Positions 24,135 through 32,800 of a DNA stretch of 64,000 nt are shown here, in pieces. The DNA is taken from IMG/VR virus record IMGVR_UViG_3300029931_000011. One strand, written 5' to 3'. Below the pieces are notes generated by a model. It saw only the letters and a program-made list of their open reading frames with translations, was not told the origin of the DNA and made no database searches. Made by a program: the position numbers and the translations under genes. How positions within the stretch are numbered: position 1 is the first letter of the stretch; each line of letters opens with the position of its first letter. Source of the DNA: a virus.

Positions 24135-24280
24135 CCGCCAACGACGTCGCCGCCCTCGCTGTCGCGGTCGCGCTCATCCTCATCGGCCCACGCCTCGATC
24201 CCGGCCGACGCGGCAACGTGCAGCTCGTCGTCTGGCTCGCCTGCATCGCGGCCCTGTTCATCGATTGGAACCGCCTATGA
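24131..24280 (+). CDS. Small membrane protein (49 aa)
   Basis: Tail of track ORF 23792..24280 (MTANDVAALAVAVALILIGP...VVWLACIAALFI). Confidence 0.45.
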   Translation: MTANDVAALAVAVALILIGPRLDPGRRGNVQLVVWLACIAALFIDWNRL

Positions 24281-24561
24281 CCGCCCGCCACACCCCCGAC
24301 GGACAGATCGCCCCGCCCGAGCGCACCGCTGACGGCACCGGCGCCCGCCGCTACGCCCCGATCCCCGGTGACCTCGTCGAGGTCCGTGCGGGCGCTCTCG
24401 TCGCGTACTTCAAGGCGCACGGTGTCCGCCTCGGATCCATCGATCGAGAGGCTGGCCCCGGCGCCGTCTACGTCGCACTGCCGGGCTACCGGGCATCGAT
24501 CCGCCTGGAGGTGGAGGACCTGACGCTGGTGTGGCGCCGGCCGCAGGAGTCGACGCCATGA
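24277..24561 (+). CDS. Hypothetical protein
   Basis: Tail of track ORF 23950..24561 (MTARHTPDGQ...), with an ATGA overlap. Confidence 0.5.
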   Translation: MTARHTPDGQIAPPERTADGTGARRYAPIPGDLVEVRAGALVAYFKAHGVRLGSIDREAGPGAVYVALPGYRASIRLEVEDLTLVWRRPQESTP

Positions 24562-24794
24562 CGCGCGAGGAGTGGCTGGCGCTCGAGGTCGGCGACGTGA
24601 TCATCGACCACAAGTGCGGCGGCGCGCGGCGGGTAGTTCGCGAGATCAGGCGCGTGACCAGCACGCGCGGCCAGCGCACCGGCGCCACCCGCACGGTGAT
24701 CCGCGTCGACAACCTCAAGAGCCCGGGCGCGCTGACGGTGATCTTCTCGACCGACGACTCGCCGGCCTACACGCGGTTCTCGAGGGCTCCATGA
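24558..24794 (+). CDS. Hypothetical protein
   Basis: Track ORF 24531..24794 trimmed to Met10, with an ATGA overlap. Confidence 0.5.
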   Translation: MTREEWLALEVGDVIIDHKCGGARRVVREIRRVTSTRGQRTGATRTVIRVDNLKSPGALTVIFSTDDSPAYTRFSRAP

Positions 24795-25060
24795 GGCAGG
24801 CGCTCAACCGCATCGACGTGCACAACCCGCTCGTCGAGCCCGAGCGCCCGGGCTACGCCGTCCGCCACAAGCTCCACGGCTGGTGGTGGACCGACAAGGG
24901 CTGGCAGTCGAAGCACGAGCACGTGAAGGTCTACGGCTCCCTTTCCGCCGCCGCCTACGCCGCCGGGATGCTCGCGGGCGCGCAGGTGACCAGCGTGCCG
25001 CGGGTGATCGGCGAGATGAGCGTCGGCCCGCTCGTGGTGTGGACGGAGGTGTCGACGTGA
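24791..25060 (+). CDS. Hypothetical protein
   Basis: Tail of track ORF 24572..25060 (MRQALNRIDV...), with an ATGA overlap. Confidence 0.5.
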   Translation: MRQALNRIDVHNPLVEPERPGYAVRHKLHGWWWTDKGWQSKHEHVKVYGSLSAAAYAAGMLAGAQVTSVPRVIGEMSVGPLVVWTEVST

Positions 25061-25188
25061 GCCGCATGACGCCCGAGATGCTGGCGCTCTGCTACGGCTC
25101 GCTCATCGCGTACCTCGCCGACTTCGCGTTCGCGTTCACGAGGCGCGTCGCGTGGTCGCCGAGGATGGCACCGGAGGGATGGGAATGA
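25057..25188 (+). CDS. Small hydrophobic protein (43 aa)
   Basis: Tail of track ORF 24883..25188 from GTG, with a GTGA overlap. Contains MLALCYGSLIAYLADFAFAF. Confidence 0.35.
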   Translation: MSRMTPEMLALCYGSLIAYLADFAFAFTRRVAWSPRMAPEGWE

Positions 25189-25613
25189 ACCCCGCGATGC
25201 AGCACATCGGCCTGCCCGACATCGACTTCTGGCACACCGACGAGTCGGACTGGCGCCGCGAGGCCGCGTGGCACCTCTGCGCGCAGATGGGCGCGCACAG
25301 CGAGGACGTCTACTGCGCCTCGTGGCTGCTCGATCTCGAGTACGAGCTGTGGGCAATCGGCGCGGGCGAGGCTTCGCCCGGGCTGTTCGACGAGCGCCTG
25401 TGTCGCGACCTCGTGGCGCTCGCGCGGCTCGTCGACTGCTGGTGGTTCTGCCCGCACTTCGCGCGCGACCGGCCGAACTTCACCCCGCACGACCGCCACA
25501 TCGGCCAGCGACGGCCCGTCGACCTCGCGACGTGGGAGCGGATGCGGCAGTGCCGCCGCGCGCTCGACAAGGCGTCCCGCTGCCCTGGATGCGGACGGAG
25601 GTGGCTGGCATGA
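25185..25613 (+). CDS. Hypothetical Trp/Cys-rich protein
   Basis: Track ORF 25152..25613 trimmed to Met12, with an ATGA overlap. Confidence 0.5.
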   Translation: MNPAMQHIGLPDIDFWHTDESDWRREAAWHLCAQMGAHSEDVYCASWLLDLEYELWAIGAGEASPGLFDERLCRDLVALARLVDCWWFCPHFARDRPNFTPHDRHIGQRRPVDLATWERMRQCRRALDKASRCPGCGRRWLA

Positions 25614-26149
25614 CCCGTCTCATCCCCGGCGAGAAGCTCGACGAGGCGACGCGGAAGCGGATCCGCGATCTCATCAAGGCGGTGAGCGGGGACGGCGACC
25701 GCGGAAACGCGTCGCGCATCGCGGCCGAGCGCCTGCTTGTACTCGCGCCGAACAACGCCGTCACTGCTGAACTGGTCGTGTTCGTCGAGAGGGTGCTGGC
25801 GATCGCGGTGTCTCACTGCCCTCGATGCCTTGACCCGAGCGTGGGTCTCTGTACGCCGTGTCGCGCAGCGCACGCGATCGAGTTCTCGGAGGCGACGCGG
25901 GTGCGACAAGGGCGCGTGACGCTGGCGCCCGTTCCCCAGGTGGCTCGGTCGCGCGGTGCGCTCGCCGACCGCGACCTCGACGAACTGATCGCCGAGTGCA
26001 CGCGGAAGAAGCGGTACGTCAGCCAGATCGACGCTGACCGCGTGGCGGCGAAGCGGGGTGCGTTGAGCGGCGTGGCGCTGCGGTCGTACTCATGCACCGC
26101 TGGCTGCGGTGGCTGGCACATCACCCACAAGCCCCAAAGGGCATCATGA
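25610..26149 (+). CDS. Hypothetical protein with C-terminal CGGWH zinc-ribbon motif
   Basis: Tail of track ORF 25268..26149 (MTRLIPGEKL...). The C-terminus KKRYVSQIDADRVAAKRGALSGVALRSYSCTAGCGGWHITH parallels 1364..1627. Confidence 0.55.
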   Translation: MTRLIPGEKLDEATRKRIRDLIKAVSGDGDRGNASRIAAERLLVLAPNNAVTAELVVFVERVLAIAVSHCPRCLDPSVGLCTPCRAAHAIEFSEATRVRQGRVTLAPVPQVARSRGALADRDLDELIAECTRKKRYVSQIDADRVAAKRGALSGVALRSYSCTAGCGGWHITHKPQRAS

Positions 26150-26949
26150 CCGGCGCCGCGCAGATCGCGCTCCTCGCCGACTGCCCGCCGGTGCCGGCGG
26201 CCCGGTCCGACGACGAGGAGATCGCCCGGGGCGTGGTGGCGTTCGTGACGTGGCTCGTGTCGCTCGTCGATCACGAGGAGCAGCGTGAGCGCGCCGCCGC
26301 CGCCCGCCGGCAACGTATCGCCGCGAAGGCCAGTCAGCGCAGCCTCGACGGCAGAACCGGATCGTCGTGGTGGTTGCCGGGCGACGACCGGGTTCATCTT
26401 CCCGTGCTCGTCCCGAATTCGGACCACTGCGGCGAGGATATCGACTGCGAGAGGTACACGTGCCCGTGGCACACGTCGCTTGAGCTTGGCGAGCCCGAGG
26501 TGGTCGACGGCTCGGTCTGGCGGCGAGCAACGATCAACACGGGGTGGCGCGAGGAAGGCGACCCGGTCCGTGGACGCCGGCCGTCATTCAACGTCGAGGA
26601 CCAGGCGGACGAGCGAAACTGGCCGCCCTTCGAGGCCGCGCTCCGCGAGGAACGGCGGGCGATGCGCGAGGCCGGTCACGATCCATGTGGCGACCGCTTC
26701 AGCAAGAGGGTGCGCGCGGCGCGCGAAGAAGCCGAGGACAGCGTCAACCCGCTCGCACCGCAGGAGATCGACGACATCACGGTGGTCGCCGTTGGGCGCA
26801 TGATCGGCACCAGCGACGAATCGATCCGGCTCACCACCAACGACGCGTTCGCCAAGCTGCGGAACATGGCTCGCGACGGGGGCTACGGAGAGACTGGCGA
26901 CGTGGACGACCTGATCGAAGCTCTCGCGTTCGGCGCCGGGGTCGAGTAG
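26146..26949 (+). CDS. Protein with a C-terminal sigma-region-4-like HTH
   Basis: Track ORF 26092..26949 trimmed to Met19, with an ATGA overlap. Contains LAPQEIDDITVVAVGRMIGTSDESIRLTTNDAFAKLRNMA. Confidence 0.5.
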   Translation: MTGAAQIALLADCPPVPAARSDDEEIARGVVAFVTWLVSLVDHEEQRERAAAARRQRIAAKASQRSLDGRTGSSWWLPGDDRVHLPVLVPNSDHCGEDIDCERYTCPWHTSLELGEPEVVDGSVWRRATINTGWREEGDPVRGRRPSFNVEDQADERNWPPFEAALREERRAMREAGHDPCGDRFSKRVRAAREEAEDSVNPLAPQEIDDITVVAVGRMIGTSDESIRLTTNDAFAKLRNMARDGGYGETGDVDDLIEALAFGAGVE

Positions 26950-26955
26950 GCCGCG

Positions 26956-27447
26956 ATGCTCATGGTCGAGCGCCGGCTCGCGCGCGAGCTCCGGGCAAAG
27001 AGCCGCAACCGGCACCGGAAGCGCAAGGAGCTCGGCGCGCGCGCCACCACAGAGCGGTCGAGGAAGCTCACCGACGAGGAGCGGCGCTACGGCGAGATGC
27101 TCGACGAGCTACCGCCGACGCCGCGCCCGCGCACGCGCGGCGAGTGCCGGGACATGGAGCGGCCGTGCCCGTACGTCGGCTGCCGGCACCACCTGTATCT
27201 CGAGGTCCTGCCGAGCGGCTCGATCAAGTTCAACCACCCTGGGCTGGAGCTCCACCAGATGCGCGAAACGTGCTCCCTGGACGCCGCCGAGCGCGAGCCG
27301 TCGTCGCAGGAGTGGACCGGCGTGCTGCTCAACCTGACGCACACCCGCGTCGAGCAGATCGAGATCGAGGCGTTGGCGAAGCTGCGAGGACGGTCGAACG
27401 AGCCCGAGCAGATCGGCGCGGCGCTGATCAGGAAGCCGCGTGAATGA
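26956..27447 (+). CDS. Sigma-region-4-like HTH protein, candidate late regulator
   Basis: Track ORF of 163 aa. Contains CPYVGCRHHLYLEV... then EWTGVLLNLTHTRVEQIEIEALAKLR. It is the last gene before a 340-bp non-coding gap and the late genes. Confidence 0.55.
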   Translation: MLMVERRLARELRAKSRNRHRKRKELGARATTERSRKLTDEERRYGEMLDELPPTPRPRTRGECRDMERPCPYVGCRHHLYLEVLPSGSIKFNHPGLELHQMRETCSLDAAEREPSSQEWTGVLLNLTHTRVEQIEIEALAKLRGRSNEPEQIGAALIRKPRE

Positions 27448-27788
27448 CGAGGGAATCGCGCCCTTGGGAGTTTTTTCTTGCGTGGGGCCGCCAGACCCCT
27501 GACTCTCCTCTCGCGCGCCCGGTCAGAGCGAAGGATCTCTGCTCCCACTTCTTCCGCCGAAGGCGCTCTCCCAAAAAAGAAGCGTGTCGGCGGCGAAGCC
27601 GCCTCTCAGCGGGGCTGGCGCTCCAAACGAGGAGCGGTGCCGGGCAAAGGCCGGCGAGACAAGATCTTTTGGTGAGAGGCCTGTCCGCGCGTCGGACCTC
27701 GCGAGCCCGCTGTCGCCTCACCCTCCCCGGGCGATGTGGCGCCAGCGCGACACTTGCGCCCTGGCCGGACCGTGGGCACGATCCCTCC

Positions 27789-27914
27789 ATGACCCCGATC
27801 CGCGCCCTCGCCGCCATCCTGACCGCCATGCTCGTCCTGGGGGCGTGCGGGGACTCAGGCCCCGGGGAGGACGGCGAGCTGCCGGCGGCGTTCACCGTGA
27901 TGGAGGTACACTGA
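27789..27914 (+). pseudogene. Truncated 5' fragment of a lipoprotein gene (41 codons)
   Basis: Tail of track ORF 27444..27914: MTPIRALAAILTAMLVLGACGDSGPGEDGELPAAFTVMEVH*. It has a lipobox (LGAC) and shares GEDGELPA(A/G)F with the intact lipoprotein at 28558. Confidence 0.6.
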
Positions 27915-28650
27915 TGCCCCCGTTCGTCGACTACACCGGGAAGCGATTCGGAGCCCTGGTCGTTGAAGGGAAGGCGGCGCAGACTGCCCACGGCAAGTTC
28001 CGCTGGTCGTGCCTGTGCGACTGCGGCGCCCGGACCATCGTGGAGGGGCGGTGCCTGAAGAGCGGCGGCGTGAGCTCCTGTGGATGCCAGCGGCGTGCGC
28101 GAATCAGCGCGAAGGCACGGGCGCGCTGGGGTGACCCGCTTGCGCTCAAGGAGAACAACCCGGTCGAATACAATGCGTGGGCGAACATGATCAATCGCTG
28201 CGAGAACCCACGTAACAAGTTCTTCTCGAACTACGGCGGTCGAGGCATCAAGGTCTGCGCCGAGTGGCGTGAGAGCTTCGCGCGCTTTCTTTCCGACATG
28301 GGCAAGCGCCCATCGCCGGGGCACTCCCTCGATCGCATCAAGGGCGACGGGAACTACACGCCGCTCAACTGCCGATGGGCGACCCGAGTTGAGCAGAACC
28401 GAAACCGACGCAACTGCCTCGAGCCCCACGAGCCTGACCAGATCCGGTGGCTTCGCGCCAGTGGGTACACGAATCGTGAGATCGCCTGCTTCTTCGATGT
28501 GCACTATTCCTCGGTCGCCCGCATTGCCCAGGGGCGTACATGGACGGAGGCTGCGTGATGCGTACATGGTTGGCTGCGGTCGCGGTCGCGGTGATCGCCG
28601 CGTGTGGTGGTGGCGGCGGGGGCGAGGATGGGGAGCTGCCGGCGGGCTTT
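27894..28650 (+). mobile_element. Putative nuclease-gene cassette (P3 plus a replacement 5' end of the lipoprotein gene)
   Basis: Bounded by the two GEDGELPA(A/G)F coding segments, 27864-27893 and 28621-28650. By my count 24 of 30 nt are identical. They are 757 bp apart. Confidence 0.5.
27914..28558 (+). CDS. Degenerate-HNH (DRID-type, here DRIK) nuclease-like protein, paralog P3, with C-terminal HTH
   Basis: C-terminal 214 aa (MPPFVDYTGKRFG...) of track ORF 27584..28558. Contains CLCDCG...SCGC. Core YGGRGIKVCAEWRESFARFLSDMGKRPSPGHSLDRIKGDGNYTPLNCRWATRVEQNRNRRN. TGATG junctions at both ends. Visibly more A/T-ending codons than its neighbours. Confidence 0.75.
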   Translation: MPPFVDYTGKRFGALVVEGKAAQTAHGKFRWSCLCDCGARTIVEGRCLKSGGVSSCGCQRRARISAKARARWGDPLALKENNPVEYNAWANMINRCENPRNKFFSNYGGRGIKVCAEWRESFARFLSDMGKRPSPGHSLDRIKGDGNYTPLNCRWATRVEQNRNRRNCLEPHEPDQIRWLRASGYTNREIACFFDVHYSSVARIAQGRTWTEAA

Positions 28651-29001
28651 GAGGTCAACGCGACACGAACGGATGGCGGTGGACCCGTCGTGAGCTGTCC
28701 GTCCACGCCGTCTTGGCGTGCGTGGTTCGAGGATGTGTCCTCCACCGGCGCGACCCTCACGCCGAATGGCGCCAGTGGGCCTGGGGCATGGGTGTGCGGG
28801 GCGCCGATGCGCGTCGACGGCGCGTGGGTCGTAGGCTGCGAGGCGAATACCGGAAGCGTCACGGTTTCGTCGGTGTTCACCTTCGCCGACGCTGGCGGAG
28901 GAGTGATCGATCACGTCGGAACCTTCAACGCTGACGGGAGCGCCGCCTGCGCCTCGTCGTACCGCATCGACTCCATCGTCGAGGACCTCGACGGCCCGTG
29001 A
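28558..29001 (+). CDS. Lipoprotein
   Basis: Track ORF 28540..29001 trimmed to Met7. MRTWLAAVAVAVIAACGGGGGGEDGELPAGF has the lipobox IAAC. The mature part contains several Cys. Confidence 0.65.
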   Translation: MRTWLAAVAVAVIAACGGGGGGEDGELPAGFEVNATRTDGGGPVVSCPSTPSWRAWFEDVSSTGATLTPNGASGPGAWVCGAPMRVDGAWVVGCEANTGSVTVSSVFTFADAGGGVIDHVGTFNADGSAACASSYRIDSIVEDLDGP

Positions 29002-29039
29002 ATGTGGGGACATGTCACGCGCACGCCTAGCGTGCTGCG

Positions 29040-29864
29040 GTGGCGTTCGCTGACGACGAAATCTCGCCCCATGACGGCGACACGGTAGAGCTCTACGAGT
29101 TCATCGGCCCGCAGATCGCGTATCGCTACACGAGCTGCGAGCGCCAGATCGTCCTGAACGGGAACGTGTACACGCCCGTGGCGGGGCTCGTGCGCACGGC
29201 TATCGGGGCCAACTCGACAGGTGACACGGCCGCCTTGGCGGTGTCGCTGCCCGTGACCACGCAGGTTATCCGGGACTACGGGCTCGACGACGTCCCTCCT
29301 CGGTCACTGTTGCTCCGAGTCTACCGACGACAGGAGCGTAGCGCCGAGTACGTCGAGATCTGGATCGGAAGCGTCAACAGCATCCAGCCCATGGGGCGCA
29401 TGGCCGAAGTCCGGTCGATCTCGCAGCTCGGCGAGCGGCTCGACATGGTCCTGCCGTCGGTGTCGGTGCAGAGGCTCTGCAACCATTTCCTCTTTGATCG
29501 ACGGTGCAGAGTCGACCGCCTGACCTACGACTTCGAGACAGTCGTGACGAATGTGAGCGGAGCGACGGTCACGCTGGCGTCGATCGGCATCGCCCCGGAC
29601 CAGTGGTTCCGCGCCGGCGAGATCGTGCGCAACGTTGACGGGGAGCGGCGTGCGATCGTCGACCAGGCCGGCGCCGTTCTCACGCTCGCACACCCGTTCC
29701 GAACGCTCTTGAACGGCAACGGGGTGACGCTCTACGCGGGGTGTGACCACACGCTCGCGACCTGCTCCGACAAGTTCAACAACGCGGTGAACTTCGGCGG
29801 GCACCCGACGGTGCCATCGAGCAACCCGTTCCTGACCCCGATCCGCCTCACGAGGGGGAGCTGA
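29040..29864 (+). CDS. DUF2163 / phage BR0599-family tail protein (RcGTA g13-like)
   Basis: Track ORF of 274 aa. The C-terminal YAGCDHTLATCSDKFNNAVNFGGHPTVP matches the BR0599 signature as I remember it. Lies directly upstream of the host-specificity gene. Confidence 0.6.
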   Translation: MAFADDEISPHDGDTVELYEFIGPQIAYRYTSCERQIVLNGNVYTPVAGLVRTAIGANSTGDTAALAVSLPVTTQVIRDYGLDDVPPRSLLLRVYRRQERSAEYVEIWIGSVNSIQPMGRMAEVRSISQLGERLDMVLPSVSVQRLCNHFLFDRRCRVDRLTYDFETVVTNVSGATVTLASIGIAPDQWFRAGEIVRNVDGERRAIVDQAGAVLTLAHPFRTLLNGNGVTLYAGCDHTLATCSDKFNNAVNFGGHPTVPSSNPFLTPIRLTRGS

Positions 29865-32800
29865 TGGCGTTCTGGACCATCGTGCAGCTCGGCTACCTGG
29901 CTGGCTACTACGGCTGGCAGATGTACAAGCATCACCAGGCGAAGAAGGAGGTCCCGCGGGCGGCCTCGCTCGATGAGTTCACCTACCCGCGCGCGACCGA
30001 GGGCGATCCCGTCCCGCTGATCTACGGGACCGTTCGCGTCCGCTCCCCGGTGGTCTTGTGGGTCGGCGATCTGGAGCCGTTCCCGCAGGTGGTCAACGGC
30101 GTCACGGTCGGTTACCAGTATCGCATCGGGATGCGGCTGCTACTCGGCCGCGGGAACACGGACGTTGGGGCAACGTCCGGCTTCGCGACGCTGCAAGGCA
30201 TGTACATCGGCGACGTGCAGCCGCCGAGCTTCGCGGGCCCCTTCTCTCCGACGGCGCACGCCGGCTACTACCAGGTCAACGCGGACGATTTCGACCCGGG
30301 CAACTTCAACGTCGGGACCAACGGGCGCCTCGTGTTCTACGACGGCTCGTGGGATCTCGAGCGGTACGCGCTCGTGGCGTCTGCGTCGGAGCCGCTGAAC
30401 CCGCCGTATCGCGGTCAGATCACCGTGCTCCTCCAGAACTGGTCCGTCGGCACCGCGCCGACGATGCCCTCATACAGCTTCATCGTCCACAACCCGGTCT
30501 ACATCCCAGGCTACGAGTCGGTGTCGGGGCCGATCGCCAACGGCGCGGCCAACCCGGCATCCGTGCTCTACGACCTGCTGACGAATGAGTGGGGCTGCGT
30601 CGCGAACGCCGCGCCGCTCGTGGATGTCGCCAGCTTCGCAGCGTGCGCGGCAACCTTGCAGGACGAGCAGCACGGCTTCTCGGCGATCATCAACGACTCG
30701 CGCGACGCGAGGAGCGTGGTGGAGCAGGTGCTTCGCCAGATCGACGGGGTTCTCTACGAGGACCCGCAAACGCGCCGCTACGTGCTCAAGCTCATCCGCG
30801 AGGACTACGACCCGAACACGTTGCCGGTGTTCGACCCGAGCAACGTCGTCGGCCAGCCGAAGAAGCCGACGAAGCTGTGGGACGAGGCAGTGAACGAGGT
30901 GCGGGTGATCTTCACGAACCCAGTCTCGGGCTACGGGGAGGGTGTCGCCGTCGAGCAGGATCTGTCGATCATCAGCTACAACGGCGGACGCCGCCGCTCG
31001 GCCGAGTTCCGCTTCCTCGGCGTCACGCACGCGCAGCTCGCTCAGGAGTTGGCGGCGCGCGAGCTCAACTTCCTTTCGCGCCCAATCTCTCGCCTCCGCA
31101 TGACGGTCAACCGCGAGGCGTTCGACCTCAAGCCGGGCGACGTCTTCCGCTTCAACTGGCCCGAGTGGAACGGGTACACCCAGGTCTTCCGCCTCGGCGA
31201 GATCGACTACGGCGACCTGGAGGACGGGAAGATCACGATCACGGCCGTACAGGATCGCTTCGCCATCCAGGGCACCGTCTTCGACCCGCCCGACGACGAG
31301 ATCGGGCCGACCCGGCCGGTCGCCGACCCGATCCATGTCAGCCACATCACCGAGGCGCCGCGGTGGATCATGCTCAAGGCCTACGAGCAGGGTCACATCG
31401 CCAACGTCGACGCGCAGCGGGGCTACTTCCTGGCCAAGCCGGAGGGGTCCGACTCGCGCTACCAGGTCCAGTCCGGCTGGTCGACGGCGCTGCAGGAGGT
31501 CGACATGCCCGGCCGGGTCTTCCCGGGCACGTTCACCGTGGAGACGGAGTACGCGAAGACGACCTCGGCCTACGACACGTCGACCCATCTGCGGATCGAG
31601 AACGTCGTGGGGTGGACGCCGGGCGTCGTGACCACGACGCAGATCCAGGTCGAGGGGCGCAACGTGATCGGTGTGCTCGATGCCAACGGCGCCCTCGAGA
31701 TCATGGCCTACGAGGACGTGATCGACCTCGGCGGCGGCGTGTACCGGCTCCTGAACGTCTGGCGCGGCCTGCTGGACACGGTTCCGGCCACGCACGCCGT
31801 CGGGGCGCAGGGCTTCGTGCTGCCCGGCAGCTACCTCGCCGCCGGCATGGGGCGCCGCGTGTACACGCATGGGACGGCGATCACGGCGTACACCCAGGGC
31901 GCCGCCGGCTCCTCGGTGGTGCCGGTCGAGGACAGCCCCGAGGACACCTTCACCGCCCGCTCGCGCTCTCTCCTGCCGTACCCGGGCAGCGACCTGCTCG
32001 TGAACGGAACGAAGGCGCCCGTGGCGCTCGAGGAGGGCGGCGTCACCCTTCAGTGGAATACCCGCGACCGCCTCAAGACGACGATCACCCGGGGCAACGC
32101 GAGCGCCGAGACGCCCGAGGCGAACACGACCTACGACGCCGTGGCCGTGAAGGGCGACCCGGTGACGCCGGGCTCCGAGGTGAGCCTCGCGTCCGGCGTG
32201 ACGACCTCGAGCACGACGCAGCACCCACTCGGCGCCGCCGGCCACGGCGCGCTCCAGGTCGGCGTCCGCACGAAGCGCACGGGCGTCGCGCTCTCCGACG
32301 GCACGACGCCGATCGGCGGTGTCTTCAACTGGCAGACCCCGCTCCTCGACATCCAGGCGCACCACTGGCGCAACCTGCTCTTGAACCCGCGCTTCGCTTC
32401 GGGCCTTGGGCTCAACCATTGGGACGCGGTCACCGGCGTCGCGACGACCTCGAACAGCGGCGGTCTCGGCAACAACAGCTTCTACGTCACGGGGCAGAGC
32501 GGCACGACGGTCGAGATCCGCCAGACGCTCGACCTCACCGGGTACAACCCGAAGAACTACAGCGCCGCCCTCGACTTCTACGTTCACAACGGCGGCGACT
32601 CCGGCGACACGGTGCAGGTCGAGCTCATCTCGCTCGACGCGGCGACCTCCGTGCTCCAGACGCAGACCTACGGCGCGAGCGACCCTGGCAACGCCTGGGT
32701 GAAGCAGACGCTCTCGATCGCAGACCTGCACGACGATACGAAGTACCTACGCGTGCGCATCATCCTCAACGCGGTCGGCGAGCTGGACAGCGTCGCCTCG

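Noticed and set aside
27465-27585. GGGAGTTTTTTCTTGCG and CTCCCAAAAAAGAAGCG, about 100 bp apart, first looked like arms of a long hairpin.
   Set aside because: The second is the complement, not the reverse complement, of the first. They form a mirror arrangement and cannot pair within one RNA strand.
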